DNA of 64,000 nucleotides, from the NCBI GenBank assembly GCA_964057225.1, contig OZ059900.1, forward strand, positions 19,840,001-19,904,000, written 5' to 3'. Source of the DNA: Auanema rhodensis. Lineage: Eukaryota > Animalia > Nematoda. This document shows, in pieces, positions 38,645 to 53,600 of the stretch; the first letter of the stretch is position 1, and every line of letters begins with the position of its first letter. The notes beneath the pieces were generated by a model. It was not told where the DNA came from and ran no database searches. It saw nothing but the letters and a program-made list of their open reading frames with translations. The translations under genes were made by a program, and so were the position numbers.

Positions 38645-41600
38645 GTTTTCCAGCATAATAAAATATTTCTCATGGGAAATACTGTGTTTTTGTATTTTTC
38701 TAGTGTTCAGCATGTAAAATGCTTCATTTTAGTATGTAACATGCTGAAATTCGTTGCATTTGACGACTCATATGAACAAAAATCGATTTAATCAATATTA
38801 GCCATAAAGGGCGTGCCCTCAGAATATGCTAATTTCCTTAATTTTCTAACCCTTGTTTTTTTGTCGTGAAAGTGGAACTAGACGTTGTACGAACAATTTT
38901 GAGCTAGGTTTCATTGACATTGCATGAGTTTGAACACATGAAATCGTAAGTCAAAACCTTGTTTACAGCGAAATTTCCAAAAACTGGTTTTCCAGCATAA
39001 TAAAATATTTCTCATGGGAAATACTGTGTTTCTGTATTTTTCTAGTGTTCAGCATGTAAAATGCTTCATTTTAGTATGTAACACGCTGAAATTCGTTGCA
39101 TTTGACGACTCATATGAACAAAAATCGATTTAATCAATATTAGCCATAAGGGGCGTGCCCTCAGAATATGCTAATTTCCTTAATTTTCTAACCCCTGTTT
39201 TTTTGTCGTGAAAGTGGAACTAGACGTTGTACGAACAATTTTGAGCTAGGTTTCATTGACATTGCATGAGTTTGAACACATGAAATCGTAAGTCAAAACC
39301 TTGTTTACAGCGAAATTTCCAAAAACTGGTTTTCCAGCATAATAAAATATTTCTCATGGGAAATACTGTGTTTTTGTATTTTTCTAGTGTTCAGCATGTA
39401 AAATGCTTCATTTTAGTATGTAACACGCTGAAATTCGTTGCATTTGACGACTCATATGAACAAAAATCGATTTAATCAATATTAGCCATAAGGGGCGTGC
39501 CCTCAGAATATGCTAATTTCCTTAATTTTCTAACCCCTGTTTTTTTGTCGTGAAAGTGGAACTAGACGTTGTACGAACAATTTTGAGCTAGGTTTCATTG
39601 ACATTGCATGAGTTTGAACACATGAAATCGTAAGTCAAAACCTTGTTTACAGCGAAATTTCCAAAAACTGGTTTTCCAGCATAATAAAATATTTCTCATG
39701 GGAAATACTGTGTTTTTGTATTTTTCTAGTGTTCAGCATGTAAAATGCTTCATTTTAGTATGTAACACGCTGAAATTGGTTGCATTTGACGACTCATATG
39801 AACAAAAATCGATTTAATCAATATTAGCCATAAGGGGCGTGCCCTCAGAATATGCTAATTTCCTTAATTTTCTAACCCCTGTTTTTTTGTCGTGAAAGTG
39901 GAACTAGACGTTGTACGAACAATTTTGAGCTAGGTTTCATTGACATTGCATGAGTTTGAACACATGAAATCGTAAGTCAAAACCTTGTTTACAGCGAAAT
40001 TTCCAAAAACTGGTTTTCCAGCATAATAAAATATTTCTCATGGGAAATACTGTGTTTTTGTATTTTTCTAGTGTTCAGCATGTAAAATGCTTCATTTTAG
40101 TATGTAACTCGCTGAAATTCGTTGCATTTGACGACTCATATGAACAAAAATCGATTTAATCAATATTAGCCATAAGGGGCGTGCCCTCAGAATATGCTAA
40201 TTTCCTTAATTTTCTAACCCCTGTTTTTTTGTCGTGAAAGTGGAACTAGACGTTGTACGAACAATTTTGAGCTAGGTTTCATTGACATTGCATGAGTTTG
40301 AACACATGAAATCGTAAGTCAAAACCTTGTTTACAGCGAAATTTCCAAAAACTGGTTTTCCAGCATAATAAAATATTTCTCATGGGAAATACTGTGTTTT
40401 TGTATTTTTCTAGTGTTCAGCATGTAAAATGCTTCATTTTAGTATGTAACACGCTGAAATTGGTTGCATTTGACGACTCATATGAACAAAAATCGATTTA
40501 ATCAATATTAGCCATAAGGGGCGTGCCCTCAGAATATGCTAATTTCCTTAATTTTCTAACCCCTGTTTTTTTGTCGTGAAAGTGGAACTAGACGTTGTAC
40601 GAACAATTTTGAGCTAGGTTTCATTGACATTGCATGAGTTTGAACACATGAAATCGTAAGTCAAAACCTTGTTTACAGCGAAATTTCCAAAAACTGGTTT
40701 TCCAGCATAATAAAATATTTCTCATGGGAAATACTGTGTTTTTGTATTTTTCTAGTGTTCAGCATGTAAAATGCTTCATTTTAGTATGTAACTCGCTGAA
40801 ATTCGTTGCATTTGACGACTCATATGAACAAAAATCGATTTAATCAATATTAGCCATAAGGGGCGTGCCCTCAGAATATGCTAATTTCCTTAATTTTCTA
40901 ACCCCTGTTTTTTTGTCGTGAAAGTGGAACTAGACGTTGTACGAACAATTTTGAGCTAGGTTTCATTGACATTGCATGAGTTTGAACACATGAAATCGTA
41001 AGTCAAAACCTTGTTTACAGCGAAATTTCCAAAAACTGGTTTTCCAGCATAATAAAATATTTCTCATGGGAAATACTGTGTTTTTGTATTTTTCTAGTGT
41101 TCAGCATGTAAAATGCTTCATTTTAGTATGTAACACGCTGAAATTCGTTGCATTTGACGACTCATATGAACAAAAATCGATTTAATCAATATTAGCCATA
41201 AGGGGCGTGCCCTCAGAATATGCTAATTTCCTTAATTTTCTAACCCCTGTTTTTTTGTCGTGAAAGTGGAACTAGACGTTGTACGAACAATTTTGAGCTA
41301 GGTTTCATTGACATTGCATGAGTTTGAACACATGAAATCGTAAGTCAAAACCTTGTTTACAGCGAAATTTCCAAAAACTGGTTTTCCAGCATAATAAAAT
41401 ATTTCTCATGGGAAATACTGTGTTTTTGTATTTTTCTAGTGTTCAGCATGTAAAATGCTTCATTTTAGTATGTAACACGCTGAAATTCGTTGCATTTGAC
41501 GACTCATATGAACAAAAATCGATTTAATCAATATTAGCCATAAGGGGCGTGCCCTCAGAATATGCTAATTTCCTTAATTTTCTAACCCTTGTTTTTTTGT

Positions 41601-44600
41601 CGTGAAAGTGGAACTAGACGTTGTACGAACAATTTTGAGCTAGGTTTCATTGACATTGCATGAGTTTGAACACATGAAATCGTAAGTCAAAACCTTGTTT
41701 ACAGCGAAATTTCCAAAAACTGGTTTTCCAGCATAATAAAATATTTCTCATGGGAAATACTGTGTTTTTGTATTTTTCTAGTGTTCAGCATGTAAAATGC
41801 TTCATTTTAGTATGTAACATGCTGAAATTCGTTGCATTTGACGACTCATATGAACAAAAATCGATTTAATCAATATTAGCCATAAGGGGCGTGCCCTCAG
41901 AATATGCTAATTTCCTTAATTTTCTAACCCCTGTTTTTTTGTCGTGAAAGTGGAACTAGACGTTGTACGAACAATTTTGAGCTAGGTTTCATTGACATTG
42001 CATGAGTTTGAACACATGAAATCGTAAGTCAAAACCTTGTTTACAGCGAAATTTCCAAAAACTGGTTTTCCAGCATAATAAAATATTTCTCATGGGAAAT
42101 ACTGTGTTTTTGTATTTTTCTAGTGTTCAGCATGTAAAATGCTTCATTTTAGTATGTAACACGCTGAAATTCGTTGCATTTGACGACTCATATGAACAAA
42201 AATCGATTTAATCAATATTAGCCATAAGGGGCGTGCCCTCAGAATATGCTAATTTCCTTAATTTTCTAACCCCTGTTTTTTTGTCGTGAAAGTGGAACTA
42301 GACGTTGTACGAACAATTTTGAGCTAGGTTTCATTGACATTGCATGAGTTTGAACACATGAAATCGTAAGTCAAAACCTTGTTTACAGCGAAATTTCCAA
42401 AAACTGGTTTTCCAGCATAATAAAATATTTCTCATGGGAAATACTGTGTTTTTGTATTTTTCTAGTGTTCAGCATGTAAAATGCTTCATTTTAGTATGTA
42501 ACACGCTGAAATTCGTTGCATTTGACGACTCATATGAACAAAAATCGATTTAATCAATATTAGCCATAAGGGGCGTGCCCTCAGAATATGCTAATTTCCT
42601 TAATTTTCTAACCCTTGTTTTTTTGTCGTGAAAGTGGAACTAGACGTTGTACGAACAATTTTGAGCTAGGTTTCATTGACATTGCATGAGTTTGAACACA
42701 TGAAATCGTAAGTCAAAACCTTGTTTACAGCGAAATTTCCAAAAACTGGTTTTCCAGCATAATAAAATATTTCTCATGGGAAATACTGTGTTTTTGTATT
42801 TTTCTAGTGTTCAGCATGTAAAATGCTTCATTTTAGTATGTAACATGCTGAAATTCGTTGCATTTGACGACTCATATGAACAAAAATCGATTTAATCAAT
42901 ATTAGCCATAAGGGGCGTGCCCTCAGAATATGCTAATTTCCTTAATTTTCTAACCCCTGTTTTTTTGTCGTGAAAGTGGAACTAGACGTTGTACGAACAA
43001 TTTTGAGCTAGGTTTCATTGACATTCCATGAGTTTGAACACATGAAATCGTAAGTCAAAACCTTGTTTACAGCGAAATTTCCAAAAACTGGTTTTCCAGC
43101 ATAATAAAATATTTCTCATGGGAAATACTGTGTTTTTGTATTTTTCTAGTGTTCAGCATGTAAAATGCTTCATTTTAGTATGTAACACGCTGAAATTCGT
43201 TGCATTTGACGACTCATATGAACAAAAATCGATTTAATCAATATTAGCCATAAGGGGCGTGCCCTCAGAATATGCTAATTTCCTTAATTTTCTAACCCCT
43301 GTTTTTTTGTCGTGAAAGTGGAACTAGACGTTGTACGAACAATTTTGAGCTAGGTTTCATTGACATTGCATGAGTTTGAACACATGAAATCGTAAGTCAA
43401 AACCTTGTTTACAGCGAAATTTCCAAAAACTGGTTTTCCAGCATAATAAAATATTTCTCATGGGAAATACTGTGTTTTTGTATTTTTCTAGTGTTCAGCA
43501 TGTAAAATGCTTCATTTTAGTATGTAACATGCTGAAATTCGTTGCATTTGACGACTCATATGAACAAAAATCGATTTAATCAATATTAGCCATAAGGGGC
43601 GTGCCCTCAGAATATGCTAATTTCCTTAATTTTCTAACCCCTGTTTTTTTGTCGTGAAAGTGGAACTAGACGTTGTACGAACAATTTTGAGCTAGGTTTC
43701 ATTGACATTGCATGAGTTTGAACACATGAAATCGTAAGTCAAAACCTTGTTTACAGCGAAATTTCCAAAAACTGGTTTTCCAGCATAATAAAATATTTCT
43801 CATGGGAAATACTGTGTTTTTGTATTTTTCTAGTGTTCAGCATGTAAAATGCTTCATTTTAGTATGTAACACGCTGAAATTCGTTGCATTTGACGACTCA
43901 TATGAACAAAAATCGATTTAATCAATATTAGCCATAAGGGGCGTGCCCTCAGAATATGCTAATTTCCTTAATTTTCTAACCCCTGTTTTTTTGTCGTGAA
44001 AGTGGAACTAGACGTTGTACGAACAATTTTGAGCTAGGTTTCATTGACATTGCATGAGTTTGAACACATGAAATCGTGAGTCAAAACCTTGTTTACAGCG
44101 AAATTTCCAAAAACTGGTTTTCCAGCATAATAAAATATTTCTCATGGGAAATACTGTGTTTTTGTATTTTTCTAGTGTTCAGCATGTAAAATGCTTCATT
44201 TTAGTATGTAACACGCTGAAATTCGTTGCATTTGACGACTCATATGAACAAAAATCGATTTAATCAATATTAGCCATAAGGGGCGTGCCCTCAGAATATG
44301 CTAATTTCCTTAATTTTCTAACCCTTGTTTTTTTGTCGTGAAAGTGGAACTAGACGTTGTACGAACAATTTTGAGCTAGGTTTCATTGACATTGCATGAG
44401 TTTGAACACATGAAATCGTAAGTCAAAACCTTGTTTACAGCGAAATTTCCAAAAACTGGTTTTCCAGCATAATAAAATATTTCTCATGGGAAATACTGTG
44501 TTTTTGTATTTTTCTAGTGTTCAGCATGTAAAATGCTTCATTTTAGTATGTAACATGCTGAAATTCGTTGCATTTGACGACTCATATGAACAAAAATCGA

Positions 44601-47600
44601 TTTAATCAATATTAGCCATAAGGGGCGTGCCCTCAGAATATGCTAATTTCCTTAATTTTCTAACCCCTGTTTTTTTGTCGTGAAAGTGGAACTAGACGTT
44701 GTACGAACAATTTTGAGCTAGGTTTCATTGACATTGCATGAGTTTGAACACATGAAATCGTAAGTCAAAACCTTGTTTACAGCGAAATTTCCAAAAACTG
44801 GTTTTCCAGCATAATAAAATATTTCTCATGGGAAATACTGTGTTTTTGTATTTTTCTAGTGTTCAGCATGTAAAATGCTTCATTTTAGTATGTAACATGC
44901 TGAAATTCGTTGCATTTGACGACTCATATGAACAAAAATCGATTTAATCAATATTAGCCATAAAGGGCGTGCCCTCAGAATATGCTAATTTCCTTAATTT
45001 TCTAACCCTTGTTTTTTTGTCGTGAAAGTGGAACTAGACGTTGTACGAACAATTTTGAGCTAGGTTTCATTGACATTGCATGAGTTTGAACACATGAAAT
45101 CGTAAGTCAAAACCTTGTTTACAGCGAAATTTCCAAAAACTGGTTTTCCAGCATAATAAAATATTTCTCATGGGAAATACTGTGTTTCTGTATTTTTCTA
45201 GTGTTCAGCATGTAAAATGCTTCATTTTAGTATGTAACACGCTGAAATTCGTTGCATTTGACGACTCATATGAACAAAAATCGATTTAATCAATATTAGC
45301 CATAAGGGGCGTGCCCTCAGAATATGCTAATTTCCTTAATTTTCTAACCCCTGTTTTTTTGTCGTGAAAGTGGAACTAGACGTTGTACGAACAATTTTGA
45401 GCTAGGTTTCATTGACATTGCATGAGTTTGAACACATGAAATCGTAAGTCAAAACCTTGTTTACAGCGAAATTTCCAAAAACTGGTTTTCCAGCATAATA
45501 AAATATTTCTCATGGGAAATACTGTGTTTTTGTATTTTTCTAGTGTTCAGCATGTAAAATGCTTCATTTTAGTATGTAACACGCTGAAATTCGTTGCATT
45601 TGACGACTCATATGAACAAAAATCGATTTAATCAATATTAGCCATAAGGGGCGTGCCCTCAGAATATGCTAATTTCCTTAAATTTCTAACCCCTGTTTTT
45701 TTGTCGTGAAAGTGGAACTAGACGTTGTACGAACAATTTTGAGCTAGGTTTCATTGACATTGCATGAGTTTGAACACATGAAATCGTAAGTCAAAACCTT
45801 GTTTACAGCGAAATTTCCAAAAACTGGTTTTCCAGCATAATAAAATATTTCTCATGGGAAATACTGTGTTTTTGTATTTTTCTAGTGTTCAGCATGTAAA
45901 ATGCTTCATTTTAGTATGTAACACGCTGAAATTCGTTGCATTTGACGACTCATATGAACAAAAATCGATTTAATCAATATTAGCCATAAGGGGCGTGCCC
46001 TCAGAATATGCTAATTTCCTTAATTTTCTAACCCCTGTTTTTTTGTCGTGAAAGTGGAACTAGACGTTGTACGAACAATTTTGAGCTAGGTTTCATTGAC
46101 ATTGCATGAGTTTGAACACATGAAATCGTAAGTCAAAACCTTGTTTACAGCGAAATTTCCAAAAACTGGTTTTCCAGCATAATAAAATATTTCTCATGGG
46201 AAATACTGTGTTTTTGTATTTTTCTAGTGTTCAGCATGTAAAATGCTTCATTTTAGTATGTAACTCGCTGAAATTCGTTGCATTTGACGACTCATATGAA
46301 CAAAAATCGATTTAATCAATATTAGCCATAAGGGGCGTGCCCTCAGAATATGCTAATTTCCTTAATTTTCTAACCCCTGTTTTTTTGTCGTGAAAGTGGA
46401 ACTAGACGTTGTACGAACAATTTTGAGCTAGGTTTCATTGACATTGCATGAGTTTGAACACATGAAATCGTAAGTCAAAACCTTGTTTACAGCGAAATTT
46501 CCAAAAACTGGTTTTCCAGCATAATAAAATATTTCTCATGGGAAATACTGTGTTTTTGTATTTTTCTAGTGTTCAGCATGTAAAATGCTTCATTTTAGTA
46601 TGTAACATGCTGAAATTCGTTGCATTTGACGACTCATATGAACAAAAATCGATTTAATCAATATTAGCCATAAGGGGCGTGCCCTCAGAATATGCTAATT
46701 TCCTTAATTTTCTAACCCCTGTTTTTTTGTCGTGAAAGTGGAACTAGACGTTGTACGAACAATTTTGAGCTAGGTTTCATTGACATTGCATGAGTTTGAA
46801 CACATGAAATCGTAAGTCAAAACCTTGTTTACAGCGAAATTTCCAAAAACTGGTTTTCCAGCATAATAAAATATTTCTCATGGGAAATACTGTGTTTTTG
46901 TATTTTTCTAGTGTTCAGCATGTAAAATGCTTCATTTTAGTATGTAACACGCTGAAATTCGTTGCATTTGACGACTCATATGAACAAAAATCGATTTAAT
47001 CAATATTAGCCATAAGGGGCGTGCCCTCAGAATATGCTAATTTCCTTAATTTTCTAACCCCTGTTTTTTTGTCGTGAAAGTGGAACTAGACGTTGTACGA
47101 ACAATTTTGAGCTAGGTTTCATTGACATTGCATGAGTTTGAACACATGAAATCGTAAGTCAAAACCTTGTTTACAGCGAAATTTCCAAAAACTGGTTTTC
47201 CAGCATAATAAAATATTTCTCATGGGAAATACTGTGTTTTTGTATTTTTCTAGTGTTCAGCATGTAAAATGCTTCATTTTAGTATGTAACACGCTGAAAT
47301 TCGTTGCATTTGACGACTCATATGAACAAAAATCGATTTAATCAATATTAGCCATAAGGGGCGTGCCCTCAGAATATGCTAATTTCCTTAATTTTCTAAC
47401 CCTTGTTTTTTTGTCGTGAAAGTGGAACTAGACGTTGTACGAACAATTTTGAGCTAGGTTTCATTGACATTGCATGAGTTTGAACACATGAAATCGTAAG
47501 TCAAAACCTTGTTTACAGCGAAATTTCCAAAAACTGGTTTTCCAGCATAATAAAATATTTCTCATGGGAAATACTGTGTTTTTGTATTTTTCTAGTGTTC

Positions 47601-50600
47601 AGCATGTAAAATGCTTCATTTTAGTATGTAACATGCTGAAATTCGTTGCATTTGACGACTCATATGAACAAAAATCGATTTAATCAATATTAGCCATAAG
47701 GGGCGTGCCCTCAGAATATGCTAATTTCCTTAATTTTCTAACCCCTGTTTTTTTGTCGTGAAAGTGGAACTAGACGTTGTACGAACAATTTTGAGCTAGG
47801 TTTCATTGACATTGCATGAGTTTGAACACATGAAATCGTAAGTCAAAACCTTGTTTACAGCGAAATTTCCAAAAACTGGTTTTCCAGCATAATAAAATAT
47901 TTCTCATGGGAAATACTGTGTTTTTGTATTTTTCTAGTGTTCAGCATGTAAAATGCTTCATTTTAGTATGTAACACGCTGAAATTCGTTGCATTTGACGA
48001 CTCATATGAACAAAAATCGATTTAATCAATATTAGCCATAAGGGGCGTGCCCTCAGAATATGCTAATTTCCTTAATTTTCTAACCCCTGTTTTTTTGTCG
48101 TGAAAGTGGAACTAGACGTTGTACGAACAATTTTGAGCTAGGTTTCATTGACATTGCATGAGTTTGAACACATGAAATCGTAAGTCAAAACCTTGTTTAC
48201 AGCGAAATTTCCAAAAACTGGTTTTCCAGCATAATAAAATATTTCTCATGGGAAATACTGTGTTTTTGTATTTTTCTAGTGTTCAGCATGTAAAATGCTT
48301 CATTTTAGTATGTAACACGCTGAAATTCGTTGCATTTGACGACTCATATGAACAAAAATCGATTTAATCAATATTAGCCATAAGGGGCGTGCCCTCAGAA
48401 TATGCTAATTTCCTTAATTTTCTAACCCTTGTTTTTTTGTCGTGAAAGTGGAACTAGACGTTGTACGAACAATTTTGAGCTAGGTTTCATTGACATTGCA
48501 TGAGTTTGAACACATGAAATCGTAAGTCAAAACCTTGTTTACAGCGAAATTTCCAAAAACTGGTTTTCCAGCATAATAAAATATTTCTCATGGGAAATAC
48601 TGTGTTTTTGTATTTTTCTAGTGTTCAGCATGTAAAATGCTTCATTTTAGTATGTAACATGCTGAAATTCGTTGCATTTGACGACTCATATGAACAAAAA
48701 TCGATTTAATCAATATTAGCCATAAGGGGCGTGCCCTCAGAATATGCTAATTTCCTTAATTTTCTAACCCCTGTTTTTTTGTCGTGAAAGTGGAACTAGA
48801 CGTTGTACGAACAATTTTGAGCTAGGTTTCATTGACATTCCATGAGTTTGAACACATGAAATCGTAAGTCAAAACCTTGTTTACAGCGAAATTTCCAAAA
48901 ACTGGTTTTCCAGCATAATAAAATATTTCTCATGGGAAATACTGTGTTTTTGTATTTTTCTAGTGTTCAGCATGTAAAATGCTTCATTTTAGTATGTAAC
49001 ACGCTGAAAATCGTTGCATTTGACGACTCATATGAACAAAAATCGATTTAATCAATATTAGCCATAAGGGGCGTGCCCTCAGAATATGCTAATTTCCTTA
49101 ATTTTCTAACCCCTGTTTTTTTGTCGTGAAAGTGGAACTAGACGTTGTACGAACAATTTTGAGCTAGGTTTCATTGACATTGCATGAGTTTGAACACATG
49201 AAATCGTAAGTCAAAACCTTGTTTACAGCGAAATTTCCAAAAACTGGTTTTCCAGCATAATAAAATATTTCTCATGGGAAATACTGTGTTTTTGTATTTT
49301 TCTAGTGTTCAGCATGTAAAATGCTTCATTTTAGTATGTAACATGCTGAAATTCGTTGCATTTGACGACTCATATGAACAAAAATCGATTTAATCAATAT
49401 TAGCCATAAGGGGCGTGCCCTCAGAATATGCTAATTTCCTTAATTTTCTAACCCCTGTTTTTTTGTCGTGAAAGTGGAACTAGACGTTGTACGAACAATT
49501 TTGAGCTAGGTTTCATTGACATTGCATGAGTTTGAACACATGAAATCGTAAGTCAAAACCTTGTTTACAGCGAAATTTCCAAAAACTGGTTTTCCAGCAT
49601 AATAAAATATTTCTCATGGGAAATACTGTGTTTTTGTATTTTTCTAGTGTTCAGCATGTAAAATGCTTCATTTTAGTATGTAACACGCTGAAATTCGTTG
49701 CAATTGACGACTCATATGAACAAAAATCGATTTAATCAATATTAGCCATAAGGGGCGTGCCCTCAGAATATGCTAATTTCCTTAATTTTCTAACCCCTGT
49801 TTTTTTGTCGTGAAAGTGGAACTAGACGTTGTACGAACAATTTTGAGCTAGGTTTCATTGACATTGCATGAGTTTGAACACATGAAATCGTAAGTCAAAA
49901 CCTTGTTTACAGCGAAATTTCCAAAAACTGGTTTTCCAGCATAATAAAATATTTCTCATGGGAAATACTGTGTTTTTGTATTTTTCTAGTGTTCAGCATG
50001 TAAAATGCTTCATTTTAGTATGTAACACGCTGAAATTCGTTGCATTTGACGACTCATATGAACAAAAATCGATTTAATCAATATTAGCCATAAGGGGCGT
50101 GCCCTCAGAATATGCTAATTTCCTTAATTTTCTAACCCTTGTTTTTTTGTCGTGAAAGTGGAACTAGACGTTGTACGAACAATTTTGAGCTAGGTTTCAT
50201 TGACATTGCATGAGTTTGAACACATGAAATCGTAAGTCAAAACCTTGTTTACAGCGAAATTTCCAAAAACTGGTTTTCCAGCATAATAAAATATTTCTCA
50301 TGGGAAATACTGTGTTTTTGTATTTTTCTAGTGTTCAGCATGTAAAATGCTTCATTTTAGTATGTAACATGCTGAAATTCGTTGCATTTGACGACTCATA
50401 TGAACAAAAATCGATTTAATCAATATTAGCCATAAGGGGCGTGCCCTCAGAATATGCTAATTTCCTTAATTTTCTAACCCCTGTTTTTTTGTCGTGAAAG
50501 TGGAACTAGACGTTGTACGAACAATTTTGAGCTAGGTTTCATTGACATTGCATGAGTTTGAACACATGAAATCGTAAGTCAAAACCTTGTTTACAGCGAA

Positions 50601-50614
50601 ATTTCCAAAAACTG
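38645..50614 (+). repeat. Tandem 17/18-monomer (~5.8-6.2 kb) duplication built on a consensus/C209T/C98T trimer
   Basis: M114-115 match M132-133, and M121-131 match M138-148, including the private ATTCCATG variant near 43026 and 48840 (5814 bp apart). Confidence 0.88.
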
Positions 50615-53600
50615 GTTTTCCAGCATAATAAAATATTTCTCATGGGAAATACTGTGTTTTTGTATTTTTCTAGTGTTCAGCATGTAAAATGCTTCATTTT
50701 AGTATGTAACACGCTGAAATTCGTTGCATTTGACGACTCATATGAACAAAAATCGATTTAATCAATATTAGCCATAAGGGGCGTGCCCTCAGAATATGCT
50801 AATTTCCTTAATTTTCTAACCCCTGTTTTTTTGTCGTGAAAGTGGAACTAGACGTTGTACGAACAATTTTGAGCTAGGTTTCATTGACATTGCATGAGTT
50901 TGAACACATGAAATCGTAAGTCAAAACCTTGTTTACAGCGAAATTTCCAAAAACTGGTTTTCCAGCATAATAAAATATTTCTCATGGGAAATACTGTGTT
51001 TTTGTATTTTTCTAGTGTTCAGCATGTAAAATGCTTCATTTTAGTATGTAACTCGCTGAAATTCGTTGCATTTGACGACTCATATGAACAAAAATCGATT
51101 TAATCAATATTAGCCATAAGGGGCGTGCCCTCAGAATATGCTAATTTCCTTAATTTTCTAACCCTTGTTTTTTTGTCGTGAAAGTGGAACTAGACGTTGT
51201 ACGAACAATTTTGAGCTAGGTTTCATTGACATTGCATGAGTTTGAACACATGAAATCGTAAGTCAAAACCTTGTTTACAGCGAAATTTCCAAAAACTGGT
51301 TTTCCAGCATAATAAAATATTTCTCAAGGGAAATACTGTGTTTTTGTATTTTTCTAGTGTTCAGCATGTAAAATGCTTCCTTTTAGTATGTAACACGCTG
51401 AAATTCGTTGCATTTGACGACTCATATGAACAAAAATCGATTTAATCAATATTAGCCATAAGGGGCGTGCCCTCAGAATATGCTAATTTCCTTAGTTTTC
51501 TAACCCCTGTTTTTTTGTCGTGAAAGTGGAACTAGACGTTGTACGAACAATTTTGAGCTAGGTTTCATTGACATTGCATGAGTTTGAACACATGAAATCG
51601 TAAGTCAAAACCTTGTTTACAGCGAAATTTCCAAAAACTGGTTTTCCAGCATAATAAAATATTTCTCATGGGAAATACTGTGTTTTTGTATTTTTCTAGT
51701 GTTCAGCATGTAAAATGCTTCATTTTAGTATGTAACACGCTGAAATTCGTTGCATTTGACGACTCATATGAACAAAAATCGATTTATTCAATATTAGCCA
51801 TAAGGGGCGTCCCCTCAGAATATGCTAATTTCCTTAATTTTCTAACCCCTGTTTTTTTGTCGTGAAAGTGGAACTAGACGTTGTACGAACAATTTTGAGC
51901 TATGTTTCATTGACATTGCATGAGTTTGAACACATGAAATCGTAAGTCAAAACCTTGTTTACAGCGAAATTTCCAAAAACTGGTTTTCCAGCATAATAAA
52001 ATATTTCTCATGGGAAATACTGTGTTTTTGTATTTTTCTAGTGTTCAGCATGTAAAATGCTTCATTTTAGTATGTAACTCGCTGAAATTCGTTGCATTTG
52101 ACGACTCATATGAACAAAAATCGATTTAATCAATATTAGCCATAAGGGGCGTGCCCTCAGAATATGCTAATTTCCTTAATTTTCTAACCCTTGTTTTTTT
52201 GTCGTGAAAGTGGAACTAGACGTTGTACGAACAATTTTGAGCTAGGTTTCATTGACATTGCATGAGTTTGAACACATGAAATCGTAAGTCAAAACCTTGT
52301 TTACAGCGAAATTTCCAAAAACTGGTTTTCCAGCATAATAAAATATTTCTCATGGGAAATACTGTGTTTTTGTATTTTTCTAGTGTTCAGCATGTAAAAT
52401 GCTTCCTTTTAGTATGTAACACGCTGAAATTCGTTGCATTTGACAACTCATATGAACAAAAATCGATTTAATCAATATTAGCCATAAGGGGCGTGCCCTC
52501 AGAATATGCTAATTTCCTTAGTTTTCTAACCCCTGTTTTTTTGTCGTGAAAGTGGAACTAGACGTTGTACGAACAATTTTGAGCTAGGTTTCATTGACAT
52601 TGCATGAGTTTGAACACATGAAATCGTAAGTCAAAACCTTGTTTACAGCGAAATTTCCAAAAACTGGTTTTCCAGCATAATAAAATATTTCTCATGGGAA
52701 ATACTGTGTTTTTGTATTTTTCTAGTGTTCAGCATGTAAAATGCTTCATTTTAGTATGTAACACGCTGAAATTCGTTGCATTTGACGACTCATATGAACA
52801 AAAATCGATTTAATCAATATTAGCCATAAGGGGCGTGCCCTCAAAATATGCTAATTTCCTTAATTTTCTAACCCCTGTTTTTTTGTCGTGAAAGTGGAAC
52901 TAGACGTTGTACGAACAATTTTGAGCTAGGTTTCATTGACATTGCATGAGTTTGAACACATGAAATCGTAAGTCAAAACCTTGTTTACAGCGAAATTTCC
53001 AAAAACTGGTTTTCCAGCATAATAAAATATTTCTCATGGGAAATACTGTGTTTTTGTATTTTTCTAGTGTTCAGCATGTAAAATGCTTCATTTTAGTATG
53101 TAACACGCTGAAATTCGTTGCATTTGACGACTCATATGAACAAAAATCGATTTAATCAATATTAGCCATAAGGGGCGTGCCCTCAGAATATGCTAATTTC
53201 CTTAGTTTTCTAACCCCTGTTTTTTTGTCGTGAAAGTGGAACTAGACGTTGTACGAACAATTTTGAGCTAGGTTTCATTGACATTGCATGAGTTTGAACA
53301 CATGAAATCGTAAGTCAAAACCTTGTTTACAGCGAAATTTCCAAAAACTGGTTTTCCAGCATAATAAAATATTTCTCATGGGAAATACTGTGTTTTTGTA
53401 TTTTTCTAGTGTTCAGCATGTAAAATGCTTCATTTTAGTATGTAACACGCTGAAATTCGTTGCATTTGACGACTCATATGAACAAAAATCGATTTAATCA
53501 ATATTAGCCATAAGGGGCGTGCCCTCAGAATATGCTAATTTCCTTAATTTTCTAACCCCTGTTTTTTTGTCGTGAAAGTGGAACTAGACGTTGTACGAAC

